Part shown: positions 31,159 to 41,018 of the stretch, piece by piece
Position numbering within the stretch: the first letter of the stretch is position 1
Layout of the letters: each line of letters opens with the position of its first letter
Translations under genes and position numbers: made by a program
DNA from: Candidatus Caenarcanales bacterium
GTDB taxonomy: Bacteria; Cyanobacteriota; Vampirovibrionia; LMEP-6097
DNA length: 64,000 nt
Direction: 5' to 3'
Assembly (NCBI GenBank): GCA_022447685.1
Contig: JAKVAO010000001.1
Location: 22,939 to 86,938, forward strand
The notes under the pieces: generated by a model
Told to the model about the DNA's origin: nothing
Databases searched by the model: none
Seen by the model: only the letters and a program-made list of their open reading frames with translations

Positions 31159-32343
31159 CTATTGTTCAGTCTTATCTGCAACAGTAATTTTTAGATCTAA
31201 ATTATCAGAAATATTATTCGTTGGGATAAACTCTTCTTTTATGATTTGAAGGCTCTCATTCCCTCTTAGAACCTTGTGTTGATCCAAGATACTTGCCTTA
31301 ATATTTTGTACTAATCTATGGTTATTGTAATCAATACCTTTCAGACTTATATAATGTGTAATTTCGTTAAATAGACCTTCTTTTATAAAGCTTGATGTTA
31401 GTTTGGGACCAGCTTCAAGTATGATTCTTGGATACTTCTTTAAATATTCTTGAAGTGAGTTAAATAAATTATCTTCTAGAATTACCTTGTCACCTGGACT
31501 TTTAGGCTTAAGCTTACTTACTTTTAACTCATTTATAGTTCTATTTTCAGCTTCTGTAAAAATATTTAGCTTCCTTCTCTCTTTTTCAGAAAAGTCTTGT
31601 GTTTTTTTGAGAATTAATAAATCTGGATTCTTAATATCATTTAGCTTTAGTTCAACTTTGCTATACCTAACATTTAAACTTGGGTTGTCCATCTTCACAG
31701 TGTTAATTCCTGTTATTAATAAATCATTTACTGACCTCAATCTATGAACTTCTTTACGAGAATTACTATTGGTTATCCATTGATCACTCACTTTGGTAAT
31801 CATAGAGCCATCTGCATAAGATGCGATTTTGATATTAATCCATGGAAGCTCTGACTCAAGTTTATGGAAAAAAACACGGTTTAAGTAATCACTTTCTATC
31901 TTAGTCTCTTGAGAAATTTTTTTAGGACCAATAATTTCGGTACCATTTTTTAGTAATTCTTTATAACTTGCTTCCCGAGCTGAATTCAAATCTGGATTAG
32001 GGTCTCTAGTACTAAATATAAGTCTTTTGAATTTATATTTCTTTATAAGATCTATACAGGGCGGTGTTTTCCCATGATGATTACATGGTTCTAAACTTAC
32101 ATATATATCTGACTCACTAAGAAGTTTTTCATAGTTACTTGGGTTTCTTGCTATAGCATCTTGAATTGCATTTACTTCTGCATGAGCTTCTCCAGATTTT
32201 CTATGAAATCCTTTACCAAGTATAAGATTGTTATGAACAATTACAGTACCAACAATTGGATTGGGAAAAGCTTGTGTTTCACCTAGCTTAGCTAACCTGA
32301 AGCATTCGTGGAGAAATTTTTCATCAAAATTACTTGGAGACAT
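31159..32343 (-). CDS. ribD: bifunctional riboflavin biosynthesis deaminase/reductase RibD
   Basis: N-terminal CDA-fold deaminase motifs (GEAHAEVNAI and LEPCNHHGKTPPC), C-terminal RibD reductase-like domain. 394 aa. Confidence 0.8.
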   Translation of the reverse strand: MSPSNFDEKFLHECFRLAKLGETQAFPNPIVGTVIVHNNLILGKGFHRKSGEAHAEVNAIQDAIARNPSNYEKLLSESDIYVSLEPCNHHGKTPPCIDLIKKYKFKRLIFSTRDPNPDLNSAREASYKELLKNGTEIIGPKKISQETKIESDYLNRVFFHKLESELPWINIKIASYADGSMITKVSDQWITNSNSRKEVHRLRSVNDLLITGINTVKMDNPSLNVRYSKVELKLNDIKNPDLLILKKTQDFSEKERRKLNIFTEAENRTINELKVSKLKPKSPGDKVILEDNLFNSLQEYLKKYPRIILEAGPKLTSSFIKEGLFNEITHYISLKGIDYNNHRLVQNIKASILDQHKVLRGNESLQIIKEEFIPTNNISDNLDLKITVADKTEQ

Positions 32344-33175
32344 GTTTTAATTCTTCGTTCTGTTTATGCTTTGCTTTTTGCCAGAATTCTTGAAGCTCTG
32401 TTGGACTATGTTCTTTTAGGCTTGAGGAACCTGATTCCTTTACTATATCCATCATAATATCAAAACGGTTAGTAAATTTATTATTGGTTTTTCTTAAAGC
32501 TTCCTCTGGATCAATCTTGAACCATCTTGCAAGATTAACTACGGTAAAAAGAATGTCACCTAATTCTAGCTCTGCTGCATCTTTTTCTGATTTACTCAAT
32601 TCTTCTTTTGCAAAGCTTACTTCTTTGAACTCCTCTATCTCACTTTGAAGTTGTTCGTATAGTTTTCTCTCTTCATCCCATTCAAAACTCTCTCTAACTG
32701 CTTTCTTTGAGATTTTCCAAGCTCTTGCAAGTGAAGGTAATTCTTTCGGGATGCCTTCAAATATCGATTTTCTGTTTTTCTTTTCCTCTTTTTTGATTTT
32801 CTCCCAGTTATTATCTACTTCATCTGTGTTTTTTACACTTGCATCAGAGAATACGTGAGGATTTCTTCTAATCATCTTCTCGTTGATATAATCCACGACA
32901 TCTGAGAATTTAAATGCTCCTCTCTCTTCTGCAATTTCAGAATGAAGCATAACTTGTAATAAAACATCACCAAGTTCTTCTTTTAAAGTGTGGTTTGCAA
33001 TTTTCTGCTTTTCAGGATTAGCCTCCTCAACTTCATCTACTGCTTCTAAGCATTCATAAAGCTCCTCAAGCAGATATCTTTTGAGTGAACTATGAGTTTG
33101 TGTCTTAACCCAAGGGCAGCCTTTTTCTTGATTCCTAAGTGCTGCTACTGTATTTTTAAAATCTTCTATAGACAT
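32330..33175 (-). CDS. mazG: nucleoside triphosphate pyrophosphohydrolase MazG
   Basis: Two MazG-type EExxE repeats (KEELGDVLLQVMLHSEI and ELELGDILFTVVNLARW) and an N-terminal GCPWV segment. Confidence 0.75.
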   Translation of the reverse strand: MSIEDFKNTVAALRNQEKGCPWVKTQTHSSLKRYLLEELYECLEAVDEVEEANPEKQKIANHTLKEELGDVLLQVMLHSEIAEERGAFKFSDVVDYINEKMIRRNPHVFSDASVKNTDEVDNNWEKIKKEEKKNRKSIFEGIPKELPSLARAWKISKKAVRESFEWDEERKLYEQLQSEIEEFKEVSFAKEELSKSEKDAAELELGDILFTVVNLARWFKIDPEEALRKTNNKFTNRFDIMMDIVKESGSSSLKEHSPTELQEFWQKAKHKQNEELKHVSK

Positions 33176-33216
33176 CAGTTATATATGGTAAAACAATAAA
33201 GTTCAACAAATCAACT

Positions 33217-33753
33217 TTAGTTGATCATAAAGCCTATAAAAACAAGAATTATAGTTGTTATTACTAAACAGGTTATTTTATTTCTGATTATGAAATTAAA
33301 CATCCACATAAAAGGCTCGAATAGCATTTGAAAAAAGCTTTTATTAACTTGAACTTTTTCGGGTTTGTTCCTGTCACCATAGTGATCCTTGAATGACTCA
33401 TTGTCGATTAGTATGATTTTCTTTCTGATTCTTAATAAATCTTCTATGCACATTTCAAGCGCTGGCAGGGTTTTGAATAATTTACCTTGATTCTCTTCGT
33501 AAGAAGCTTCATAGGCACAAAAATCTTCAGGGGTTAAGCCATAAGTTACTTTGGGTTTATCACCAATATTGAAAATGATATAGTCGATTAACTCATAATC
33601 TTTTACCAAAGTATCCCTCATTGTTTCTAATAAATCTTGATTGCTGACGATTTTAGACATTGTTGGGTGTTTAGATTCTAAGAGAAGTTTCTTGTATTCC
33701 TTAGTACTCTCCCTAAGTTTGTTAACAAGATCAAGAGCTTCCTCTTTTTCCAT
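33217..33753 (-). CDS. hypothetical protein with C-terminal TM anchor
   Basis: 178-aa ORF with a hydrophobic C-terminal tail. No motif. Confidence 0.35.
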   Translation of the reverse strand: MEKEEALDLVNKLRESTKEYKKLLLESKHPTMSKIVSNQDLLETMRDTLVKDYELIDYIIFNIGDKPKVTYGLTPEDFCAYEASYEENQGKLFKTLPALEMCIEDLLRIRKKIILIDNESFKDHYGDRNKPEKVQVNKSFFQMLFEPFMWMFNFIIRNKITCLVITTIILVFIGFMIN

Positions 33754-34062
33754 ATTATCTTACCTTTTTCTGAGCTTAATATATATAATCCCAGTTTTTT
33801 GGAGATTTGAAGATTAAAAAAAATAAATTTTGAGTGAGGGTTTTGATCGGTAAAATAATATTTTTCTAACACAAATATTAACTAAAAATTAAAATGCACA
33901 ATTGCGTTAATAAAGGATCAACATTTAGGTATATATTATCTATAGATTAGTGAGAATAAAGTGATATACATATCTCTGTCTGTAAATTAATAGTAGTGCT
34001 TTTACCAATCCTTAATCTGGGTATGCAATTACTAGGAATATATCGAAGAGAGGATAAGTGCA

Positions 34063-34740
34063 TTGGGTGGACCTTTAAATAATTCGTATAATAAAATACC
34101 TCCGCAGTTAAGTAGAGTTGAGACTACTAGTTTAAATGAAACGGGTCTAAATAATTCTACTGCTACTGGTATTACTGATGAACAGAAAGATAATATCGCC
34201 TTCGTTGCAAAGCAGGCACTGGGTGAAACTGATAAAAACCCTAATCCTCAAGCTTTGAAAGCAATGAAAGATTTGGGGCTCACAACTAAATCTCAAGTTA
34301 GAGAGCTTACTAATCCTGACAAGATTACAGACAAGACAATCACCCCTGGGCAGGCAGCAACAATAAGTAATGTTGCGACAAGTATAAAAACTAATCTTAA
34401 AGAAATAGAAAATGAAACAACAATAGCTAAAGCAGAACCACCTGAAGCTAAAGTTTCAGATGCAATAATTGTTGGTAATAATAAAGTAGAATCTAATAAT
34501 GCATGGGGGGCTTTCGGGGTTGAAGTTGTAGCAGATGCAGGGGCTTTCTCTGAGGTTTCTGGAGAGATTAACCCTGAAACCATAGGTCAAACTTCAGCAT
34601 CAAATATAAATGGTATTGAAATTGCAAACGCTAAAGGAAATTTACAAGCTTTAGGTTTTACTCCCGTTACTGATAAGGCAGAAGTAAATAGTATTAGCGG
34701 AGCACTTATAGGAATTGCTGGAGAGGGAGAAGTAAGCTAA
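34063..34740 (+). CDS. hypothetical Thr/Asn/Gly-rich protein
   Basis: 225-aa ORF after a 310-bp AT-rich intergenic region. No signal peptide seen. Confidence 0.35.
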   Translation: MGGPLNNSYNKIPPQLSRVETTSLNETGLNNSTATGITDEQKDNIAFVAKQALGETDKNPNPQALKAMKDLGLTTKSQVRELTNPDKITDKTITPGQAATISNVATSIKTNLKEIENETTIAKAEPPEAKVSDAIIVGNNKVESNNAWGAFGVEVVADAGAFSEVSGEINPETIGQTSASNINGIEIANAKGNLQALGFTPVTDKAEVNSISGALIGIAGEGEVS

Positions 34741-34756
34741 GCTTAAATAAGTAGGG

Positions 34757-35308
34757 ATGGACCTTAGAGATCAAGCTAGAATTTTAGATATCAAAGAGGG
34801 ATTAGACAAAGGGAAATTTAAACTTTTTTGTCAAGTCGATGATAGTGGAGAAAACAGTAGCTATGTTATTGTTGACCCTAGTTTTGAAGCTAAAGGCAAG
34901 GTTCTACTTGCACTAGATTTAGTTTATGGTGTTTTGAAACCAAGCTTTTTGGATGGAGCAGAAGATATTGAGCTGCGTGAGAATAAGTATTTTCAGCAGA
35001 GTTTAGAGTTTACCAATGCAAACCAACTGAAAGATCAACTTTTGGATAGGAATGGAGAAGGCTTTTTCTTTGATCCAACAATGATAGATTTACCTTCTGA
35101 TTTTGATCCTGAATTTTACAATTCTGCTGGTTCTGTTGTATTTACCTTAGAAGGGCAAATGTATAATCATGATGTTCACCTAATCCAGAGATTAAAAGAT
35201 GGCAAGCTGAAAATTTGTAAAGAAAATGGTGAATCAGCTCATGGTGAATTTATTCTTTTCCTTGAAATTTCAGGTTTTCACGTACCTGATAATCTCTTCT
35301 ATCACTAA
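34757..35308 (+). CDS. hypothetical protein
   Basis: 183-aa ORF, acidic, no motif. Confidence 0.35.
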   Translation: MDLRDQARILDIKEGLDKGKFKLFCQVDDSGENSSYVIVDPSFEAKGKVLLALDLVYGVLKPSFLDGAEDIELRENKYFQQSLEFTNANQLKDQLLDRNGEGFFFDPTMIDLPSDFDPEFYNSAGSVVFTLEGQMYNHDVHLIQRLKDGKLKICKENGESAHGEFILFLEISGFHVPDNLFYH

Positions 35309-35326
35309 TGCTATCCTTATTATTTA

Positions 35327-35914
35327 ATGAAAAAAATATGCTTGCTAAGCTTTGTGTTGTTTTTCTTGCTATCTTGTTCTAATAACGAGATAGCTCTAAA
35401 TCCTAGTGAGAATAAGGCTTTAAGTTCAGCTTCTAAAGCTCATATCGCTATGCAAGATTTAAGTTACGAGGAGCTTAGTTCAGAAGATAGAGAATTGCTT
35501 GATCACGCCAAAGATGCTATGTCTAAGTCATATTCTCCCTACTCTCATTTTCATGTTGGTTCAGCTTTAAGATCATTTGACGGTGAAATTATTACAGGAT
35601 CCAATGTTGAGAACGCAGCTTATGGTCCTAGTAAATGTGCTGAGCAAGTGGCATTAACTAGAGCTAATATGATGGGACAAGCCAAGATTAAGACTATAGC
35701 TATCATTGGTAAAGGTGAAGATTTTGAGACTGAAGAAGTTGTAGCACCATGTGGGGTTTGCCGCCAGGTTATCTATGAATTTGCTCAGAGGTCTGATACT
35801 GATATTAAGATCATTATGTCGAATTCCAGGCGTGACAAAATTATTGTTTCCACCATCAGTGAGTTATTGCCACTTGCTTTTGGTCCTAAAGATTTAGGGA
35901 TTAATGTTGAATGA
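35327..35914 (+). CDS. cdd: cytidine deaminase with N-terminal lipoprotein signal
   Basis: Tetrameric-type Cdd motifs (YSPYSHFHVGSA, NVENAAYGPSKCAEQVA, APCGVCRQV and ELLPLAFGPKDLG, which is very close to B. subtilis Cdd). It is preceded by MKKICLLSFVLFFLLSC|S (lipobox). Confidence 0.75.
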   Translation: MKKICLLSFVLFFLLSCSNNEIALNPSENKALSSASKAHIAMQDLSYEELSSEDRELLDHAKDAMSKSYSPYSHFHVGSALRSFDGEIITGSNVENAAYGPSKCAEQVALTRANMMGQAKIKTIAIIGKGEDFETEEVVAPCGVCRQVIYEFAQRSDTDIKIIMSNSRRDKIIVSTISELLPLAFGPKDLGINVE

Positions 35915-37146
35915 AGATTCTTCACAGTTCTGATTGGCATATTGGAAAGTATCTCTGTGAAAGAAAGAGATACGATGAATTTGAAGCTTTTTTTGACTGG
36001 TTATTAAAAGAGATTGAAATACTTGAAATAGACGTGCTTCTTGTTGCTGGAGATATTTTTGATACTGCTGCCCCTAATAATAGGGCTCAACAGATTTACT
36101 ATAGTTTCCTTTCTAATTTAGTTAAATCCAAGTGCAGGCACGTAGTTATTATTTCTGGTAATCATGATTCCCCTTCCTTCATCAGCGCTCCACAGAATAT
36201 TCTCAAATCTTTAGATATACATTTAGTTGGAACTGTAACTGGAAACTATGAAGATGAACTAGTTGAAATTAAAGACAAAAATGGTGATGTCGAGTTATTG
36301 GTTTGTGCTGTGCCTTATTTGCGAGACAAAGATGTTCGTAAGTCTCAAGCTGGAGAGAGTATTGAAGAGAAATCTGAAAAGCTGGTAGCTGGAATTAAAG
36401 AGCATTACCGTGAAGTGATGAATGTCGCTTTAGCTAGAAGGAAAGAGCTTAATTCAGATAGATATATCCCTATTCTTGGGATGGGACACTTGTTTACGGC
36501 AGGTGCAAGTCCTGGAGAGGGAGTTCGGGATCTTTATGTTGGTTCTTTAGGCTATGTAAGTGCAGACACTTTTCCTTCGGAATTAGATTACGTTGCTCTT
36601 GGGCATTTGCATATTGCCCAGAAAGTTGGGGGAGATGATCGTATCAGATATTGTGGTTCACCTATTCCTATGGGCTTTGGGGAAGCTAAGCAGGTTAAAA
36701 AATTAATTAGTTTAGAGTTTGATGCCAACTCCAATCATCCTAAAATCAGTGAGATACCGATACCTAGTTTTCAGTCTCTAGAGAAAATTTCTGGTGATGA
36801 AAAGCTTATAGAAACTAGAGTTCAGGATTTAATTAGCTCGAAGAGTAGTGCTTGGCTCGAAATTGAGTATGATGGACTTTTGGATGCACAGAATTTTAGA
36901 GAGAGAATTATTGAAATTTTGGCTGAAACTGATTTGGAGCTTCTTAGGTTTAAAAATAAAAAAGTGGTGAATCATTATCTTACCGCTAGTGTTCATGAAG
37001 AGAAATTGGAGGACCTTAGTCCTATAGATGTTTTCAATCGTTGTCTAGAGGATAATGAGGTTGATTCAAATGATAAAGATTTGTTACTTGTCAGTTACTC
37101 AGAGATTCTAAAATCAATCCAGGAGGAGGATCTAAAAGCAGAGTGA
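35911..37146 (+). CDS. sbcD: exonuclease SbcCD, nuclease subunit D
   Basis: Calcineurin-like phosphoesterase motifs MKILHSSDWHIGK, LVAGDIFD and GNHDS (Mre11/SbcD). Translationally coupled to sbcC. Confidence 0.85.
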   Translation: MKILHSSDWHIGKYLCERKRYDEFEAFFDWLLKEIEILEIDVLLVAGDIFDTAAPNNRAQQIYYSFLSNLVKSKCRHVVIISGNHDSPSFISAPQNILKSLDIHLVGTVTGNYEDELVEIKDKNGDVELLVCAVPYLRDKDVRKSQAGESIEEKSEKLVAGIKEHYREVMNVALARRKELNSDRYIPILGMGHLFTAGASPGEGVRDLYVGSLGYVSADTFPSELDYVALGHLHIAQKVGGDDRIRYCGSPIPMGFGEAKQVKKLISLEFDANSNHPKISEIPIPSFQSLEKISGDEKLIETRVQDLISSKSSAWLEIEYDGLLDAQNFRERIIEILAETDLELLRFKNKKVVNHYLTASVHEEKLEDLSPIDVFNRCLEDNEVDSNDKDLLLVSYSEILKSIQEEDLKAE

Positions 37147-40100
37147 AGATACTAGAGTTACGTTTCCAGAATTTAAATTCTCTTCATGGTGAATGGATGA
37201 TTGATTTTCGTGATGATGCTTTTCTTGAAAATGGTATTTTTGCGATTACTGGAGCTACAGGTGCTGGTAAAACTACTATACTCGATGCGATTACTTTAGC
37301 TTTGTTTGGTGCAACAGCGCGCCTAGGTAAAATTACAGAAACTAGCAATGAAATTATGTCCAGGCATACTGGTGAGTGTTTTGCAGAGATTAGTTTTGAA
37401 ACAAAACAAGGCAGCTTTAGAGTTACATGGAGTCAGAGAAGATCCCGTAAACAAGCTGAGGGTAAGTTACAGACTCCCAAGCATGAGATTGTAAATGCTT
37501 TAACAGGTGAAATTATTGCCTCAACCAAACTTAGAGAAGTTGAAAAAGCTGTTGAGGATAGGCTTGGAATGAACTTTAAGCAATTCACTCGCTCTATTTT
37601 ACTTGCCCAAGGGAGTTTTGCAGCTTTTTTGCAAGCAAGTCCAGATGAAAGGGCTCCTATACTGGAGCAAATAACTGGTACCGAAATCTATACACAGATA
37701 TCGCTCAAAGTGCATGAAAGAAGAAATGAGGAAAAGAGTAAATTACTTTCTTTAGAAGACCAAGTTTCCAATATTAAGATTTTGACTGAAGATGAGCAGT
37801 TGGCGATGCAAAATTTATATTCTGAGAAAGAGAGTCTGAAAGACGCTATATATCAGCAGCATAAAGATATGCAGACTGAGCTTTCTAAGCTTAAGAATGA
37901 GGAAGCCTGGTTAAGAGAAAAGAATAAACTTGAAACTAACTTGATTAACTTAAATAAATCTCTTGCTGAAAATGCTTTGGAGCTTGATTCTGCTAAACAA
38001 AAACAAGTTAGTTTTGACTCGGCTTATAAGATTTTCTCTGAGTCTAAGAAAGGGAGGCTCACTTCAATTCAAAAGCTAAGAGAATTAAATTTTAAAATTT
38101 TTGAAGAAGAAAAGGTTCTTGCTAAATCTAGGTTAGATTTGAATAATATTAAACAAGATCAGCAGAATTTAAAGCAAGAAAAAACTCAGATTGAGAAATT
38201 CATAGCGACTTCTTCTAGCAAATTTGAAGAATTCAATAGTTACTTTGCAAAATCTCTTGATTTGAAAACTATTGAGGCTAATATTAGTAGTCTTGAAGCT
38301 TTAGCTAAAGCAAGCTGTAAGCTGGAGCAGGAACTGGATAAAGAGATTAAGTATAAAGAAAGTCTAGAAACCAAGCTAATACAGGCTCGCAAAGAATTTA
38401 AGCAATTAGATCAAGACTCTAAGACTTATGAAGAGAAAAAAGCAAGTTATATAGAGAAGATCTCTGGCTTAGAGAAGAAAATTAATGATTTGCTGCAAGG
38501 CTTTAACCTAGAAGCATTTAGAGAACGAATCGAACTATACTCTCTGATGCTTGAATTAAAACAGCTAGAGAAAAGCAAGTGCTCAAGCTTAGAGTCTTTA
38601 GATTTATTTGCTAAGGATCTGAAAATTTATGCTGAGAAGAAAGAACTATTAGAAGCATTGTGTAAGGAACTGGAGAAGAACCGAGAACAGGAGCTTAAAA
38701 TACTCAACCTAGAGGAAGAGAGAAAGAAATTACTAGCAGGTGAGGCTTGCCCACTATGTGGTTCTCTTGAGCATCCTTTCGTAGAGTCTAATACGGAGTT
38801 TGAAGATTCAAGTTCAGAGCTTTCTATCAAGAAACAAGATTTGGCTGAGCTTTTGGAGAAGCAGAAGCAAATATTATTGGAGACCGCTGCGCTAGAAAAA
38901 GAAATAGAAGTCTTCAATAATAATATTGAGCAGCTCACCGAAAAACTAGAGAACCTGTCACTAGTAAATGATTTACTTGAAAATCTTAAGAATCAATCAG
39001 TTAAGCATCTTGAAGATGATTTACTCGATATGAAAAATAAACTTAAACAGATTGAAAGTTTTGACTTAGATCTAAATTCTTCAAATAAATTGCTAAGGGA
39101 GCTTGACTTAAAATTTGCAAGTTCAGCTGAGCAAAGAAATAGAATCAAAGAAAATGGTTTGAAACTCAAGTCTGAGTCTGAGCTTTTAGGAAAACGCTTG
39201 GTGGATTCTAAAGAAGAACTTAAAAATACAGAACTAGAGTTTGTGAACACACTTAAGCTCATAGATGCTTCTCTAGAGATCGATGAAAATATTTCTCGGA
39301 CTTTTCAGGCTTTGAAATGTAACTATGTAAGCTTGAAAGAGAAGAAATTAGAAGCTGAACAGCTTCAATTAAGTATTAAAGAAGCAGACTTGAAAGTTTC
39401 ATCTATAGATAAATCCCTAGGCTTTACACTAGAAAAGCTGCAAGCTCAAGAGTCTGCCTTGAATCTGTCTTTAAAACAATTAGAAGAATTAACTTCTCAT
39501 AGAAAAAGTGAATTCTCTGAAAGTTCCCCAGAGGCTTTGGAAGCAGCTTTGGAGCAGGAAGACTTAGCTTTGCAAAGACAAGAAAAAGATCTTATTCAAA
39601 AAATTAATGAACTTGAGAATCAAAGATCTTTAGTTAAGCTTGAAATAGATAACATAAGCAACCGTATTAAAGAATTAGAATCTGAACTGGAATCTGCTAA
39701 GTTTATATACCTAAATGAATTAGAGCAAGCAATAGCTGACTTGAGTCATAACCTTGAAGTTAAATTTAATGAGCTTAGTGAATTGAATCAAGAGCTTGGA
39801 ATAATCAAAGAAAAACTGGAATCTAATGCTCAAGCCAAAAAAAACTTTGCTGAAAAAATTCAGCAGCTTAATATGCAGAAAAAAGAACTCGAAAGATTTA
39901 ATTTATTGCATGAACTTATAGGTTCTTCAGATGGTAAGAAGTTTAGGAATTTTGCTCAGGGTTTAAGCTTTGAGATTATGATAAATCAAGCAAATAGACA
40001 GCTAGAGAAGATGACAGATAGATATTTGTTGATTAGAGATGAAAAAAACAATTTAGCATTAAATATTCTCGATAATTATCAGGCTGGAGAAATTCGTTCT

Positions 40101-40418
40101 ACTAAGAATCTGTCTGGTGGTGAAAGCTTCATTGTCAGTTTGGCCCTAGCGCTTGGCTTATCTAAGATGGCGAGTAACAATATTCAGGTTGATTCATTGT
40201 TTTTGGATGAAGGCTTTGGTACCTTGGATGAAGAGGCTTTGGAAACTGCAATTTCTGTTTTATCTGGCTTGAAAGAAGATGGTAAGTTGATTGGAGTTAT
40301 TTCCCATATCCCTGCACTTAAAGAACGAATTCCCACTCAGATTCATATCGAAGCTTCTAGTCTGGGTAGAAGTTCCATTCATGGCGCTGGAGTTAAAAAA
40401 ACTGTTGTATGCACTTAG
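37143..40418 (+). CDS. sbcC: exonuclease SbcCD, ATPase subunit C
   Basis: N-terminal Walker A ITGATGAGKTTILDAI, a long coiled coil with a central zinc hook CPLCGS, and C-terminal signature LSGGESF plus Walker B LFLDEGFGTLD. 1091 aa. Confidence 0.9.
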   Translation: MKILELRFQNLNSLHGEWMIDFRDDAFLENGIFAITGATGAGKTTILDAITLALFGATARLGKITETSNEIMSRHTGECFAEISFETKQGSFRVTWSQRRSRKQAEGKLQTPKHEIVNALTGEIIASTKLREVEKAVEDRLGMNFKQFTRSILLAQGSFAAFLQASPDERAPILEQITGTEIYTQISLKVHERRNEEKSKLLSLEDQVSNIKILTEDEQLAMQNLYSEKESLKDAIYQQHKDMQTELSKLKNEEAWLREKNKLETNLINLNKSLAENALELDSAKQKQVSFDSAYKIFSESKKGRLTSIQKLRELNFKIFEEEKVLAKSRLDLNNIKQDQQNLKQEKTQIEKFIATSSSKFEEFNSYFAKSLDLKTIEANISSLEALAKASCKLEQELDKEIKYKESLETKLIQARKEFKQLDQDSKTYEEKKASYIEKISGLEKKINDLLQGFNLEAFRERIELYSLMLELKQLEKSKCSSLESLDLFAKDLKIYAEKKELLEALCKELEKNREQELKILNLEEERKKLLAGEACPLCGSLEHPFVESNTEFEDSSSELSIKKQDLAELLEKQKQILLETAALEKEIEVFNNNIEQLTEKLENLSLVNDLLENLKNQSVKHLEDDLLDMKNKLKQIESFDLDLNSSNKLLRELDLKFASSAEQRNRIKENGLKLKSESELLGKRLVDSKEELKNTELEFVNTLKLIDASLEIDENISRTFQALKCNYVSLKEKKLEAEQLQLSIKEADLKVSSIDKSLGFTLEKLQAQESALNLSLKQLEELTSHRKSEFSESSPEALEAALEQEDLALQRQEKDLIQKINELENQRSLVKLEIDNISNRIKELESELESAKFIYLNELEQAIADLSHNLEVKFNELSELNQELGIIKEKLESNAQAKKNFAEKIQQLNMQKKELERFNLLHELIGSSDGKKFRNFAQGLSFEIMINQANRQLEKMTDRYLLIRDEKNNLALNILDNYQAGEIRSTKNLSGGESFIVSLALALGLSKMASNNIQVDSLFLDEGFGTLDEEALETAISVLSGLKEDGKLIGVISHIPALKERIPTQIHIEASSLGRSSIHGAGVKKTVVCT

Positions 40419-40509
40419 GACCCGCTGAAAAATATCCAATACTGCTACTGTTTCTGATTTATATACAATTTATAAATTGATTTTTCTTTGCTTTGGGTAA
40501 TATTTAAAT

Positions 40510-40761
40510 ATGTCATCTAAAAGCTTAAAGAAAATCAGAGCTTTAAAAAAAGAGCAAATCAATAAAATTATTAAATTTGCGTGGCAAGATAAAATTAGCT
40601 TCGAAGAAATTGAAGAAACCACTGGACTCAATGAAGCTGAAGTTATTATTGTTATGAGACGTGAACTTAAAGCAGGGAGCTTCAGACTCTGGCGTAAACG
40701 TGTCTCTGGTAGGCTTACTAAGCATAAAAAGCTTGAAAAATATAAGTTGGATTTAGAGTAA
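40510..40761 (+). CDS. small conserved protein (DUF2805/TIGR03643-like)
   Basis: 83 aa. FAWQDKISFEEIEETTGLNEAEVIIVMRRELKAGSFRLWRKRVSGR resembles the small DUF2805 family, recalled from memory. Confidence 0.4.
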   Translation: MSSKSLKKIRALKKEQINKIIKFAWQDKISFEEIEETTGLNEAEVIIVMRRELKAGSFRLWRKRVSGRLTKHKKLEKYKLDLE

Positions 40762-40786
40762 AAAACTTTTTAAGAATAAAGATTAA

Positions 40787-40842
40787 GCAAAGAGAGTCTC
40801 ATGAATGGGAGAGATTAGAGATAGAGAAGAGACTCTCTTTGC
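40787..40842. terminator. perfect 14-bp inverted repeat (GCAAAGAGAGTCTC ... GAGACTCTCTTTGC) with 28-nt loop between convergent genes. Candidate bidirectional terminator or structured element.
   Basis: Read directly from sequence at 40787-40800 and 40829-40842. Lies between the 3' ends of the + gene ending at 40761 and the - gene ending at 41019. Confidence 0.4.
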
Positions 40843-41018
40843 TGGTAATTTGAAAGCTCAATCTAGTGTTTTAGGAAGCACATTGGGAGATTGATTAGAC
40901 TAGTTTGAGCTTTTTCTTAACCTCATCTTAACCTTATGACTATATAAGGCAGGCTTGAGAATTTTTTGACAAAGAATTTGAAATTTTTTTGATTTTTTTC
41001 TTTGCAGAAAATAATTGA

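Noticed and set aside
34063-35308. Possible toxin/immunity pair upstream of the lipoprotein cytidine deaminase
   Set aside because: The deaminase has full housekeeping Cdd motifs, including the C-terminal tetramerisation segment. The two upstream ORFs show no immunity-protein or toxin-delivery (RHS, LXG, PAAR) features.
38627-39262. Minus-strand ORFs (103 and 89 aa) inside sbcC, and similar antisense ORFs inside dabA (50002-50697), typA, rpsC, rpsE, hemN and others
   Set aside because: All are embedded antisense in genes with strong homology-supported frames. They are Ser/Leu-rich low-complexity translations typical of AT-rich shadow frames.
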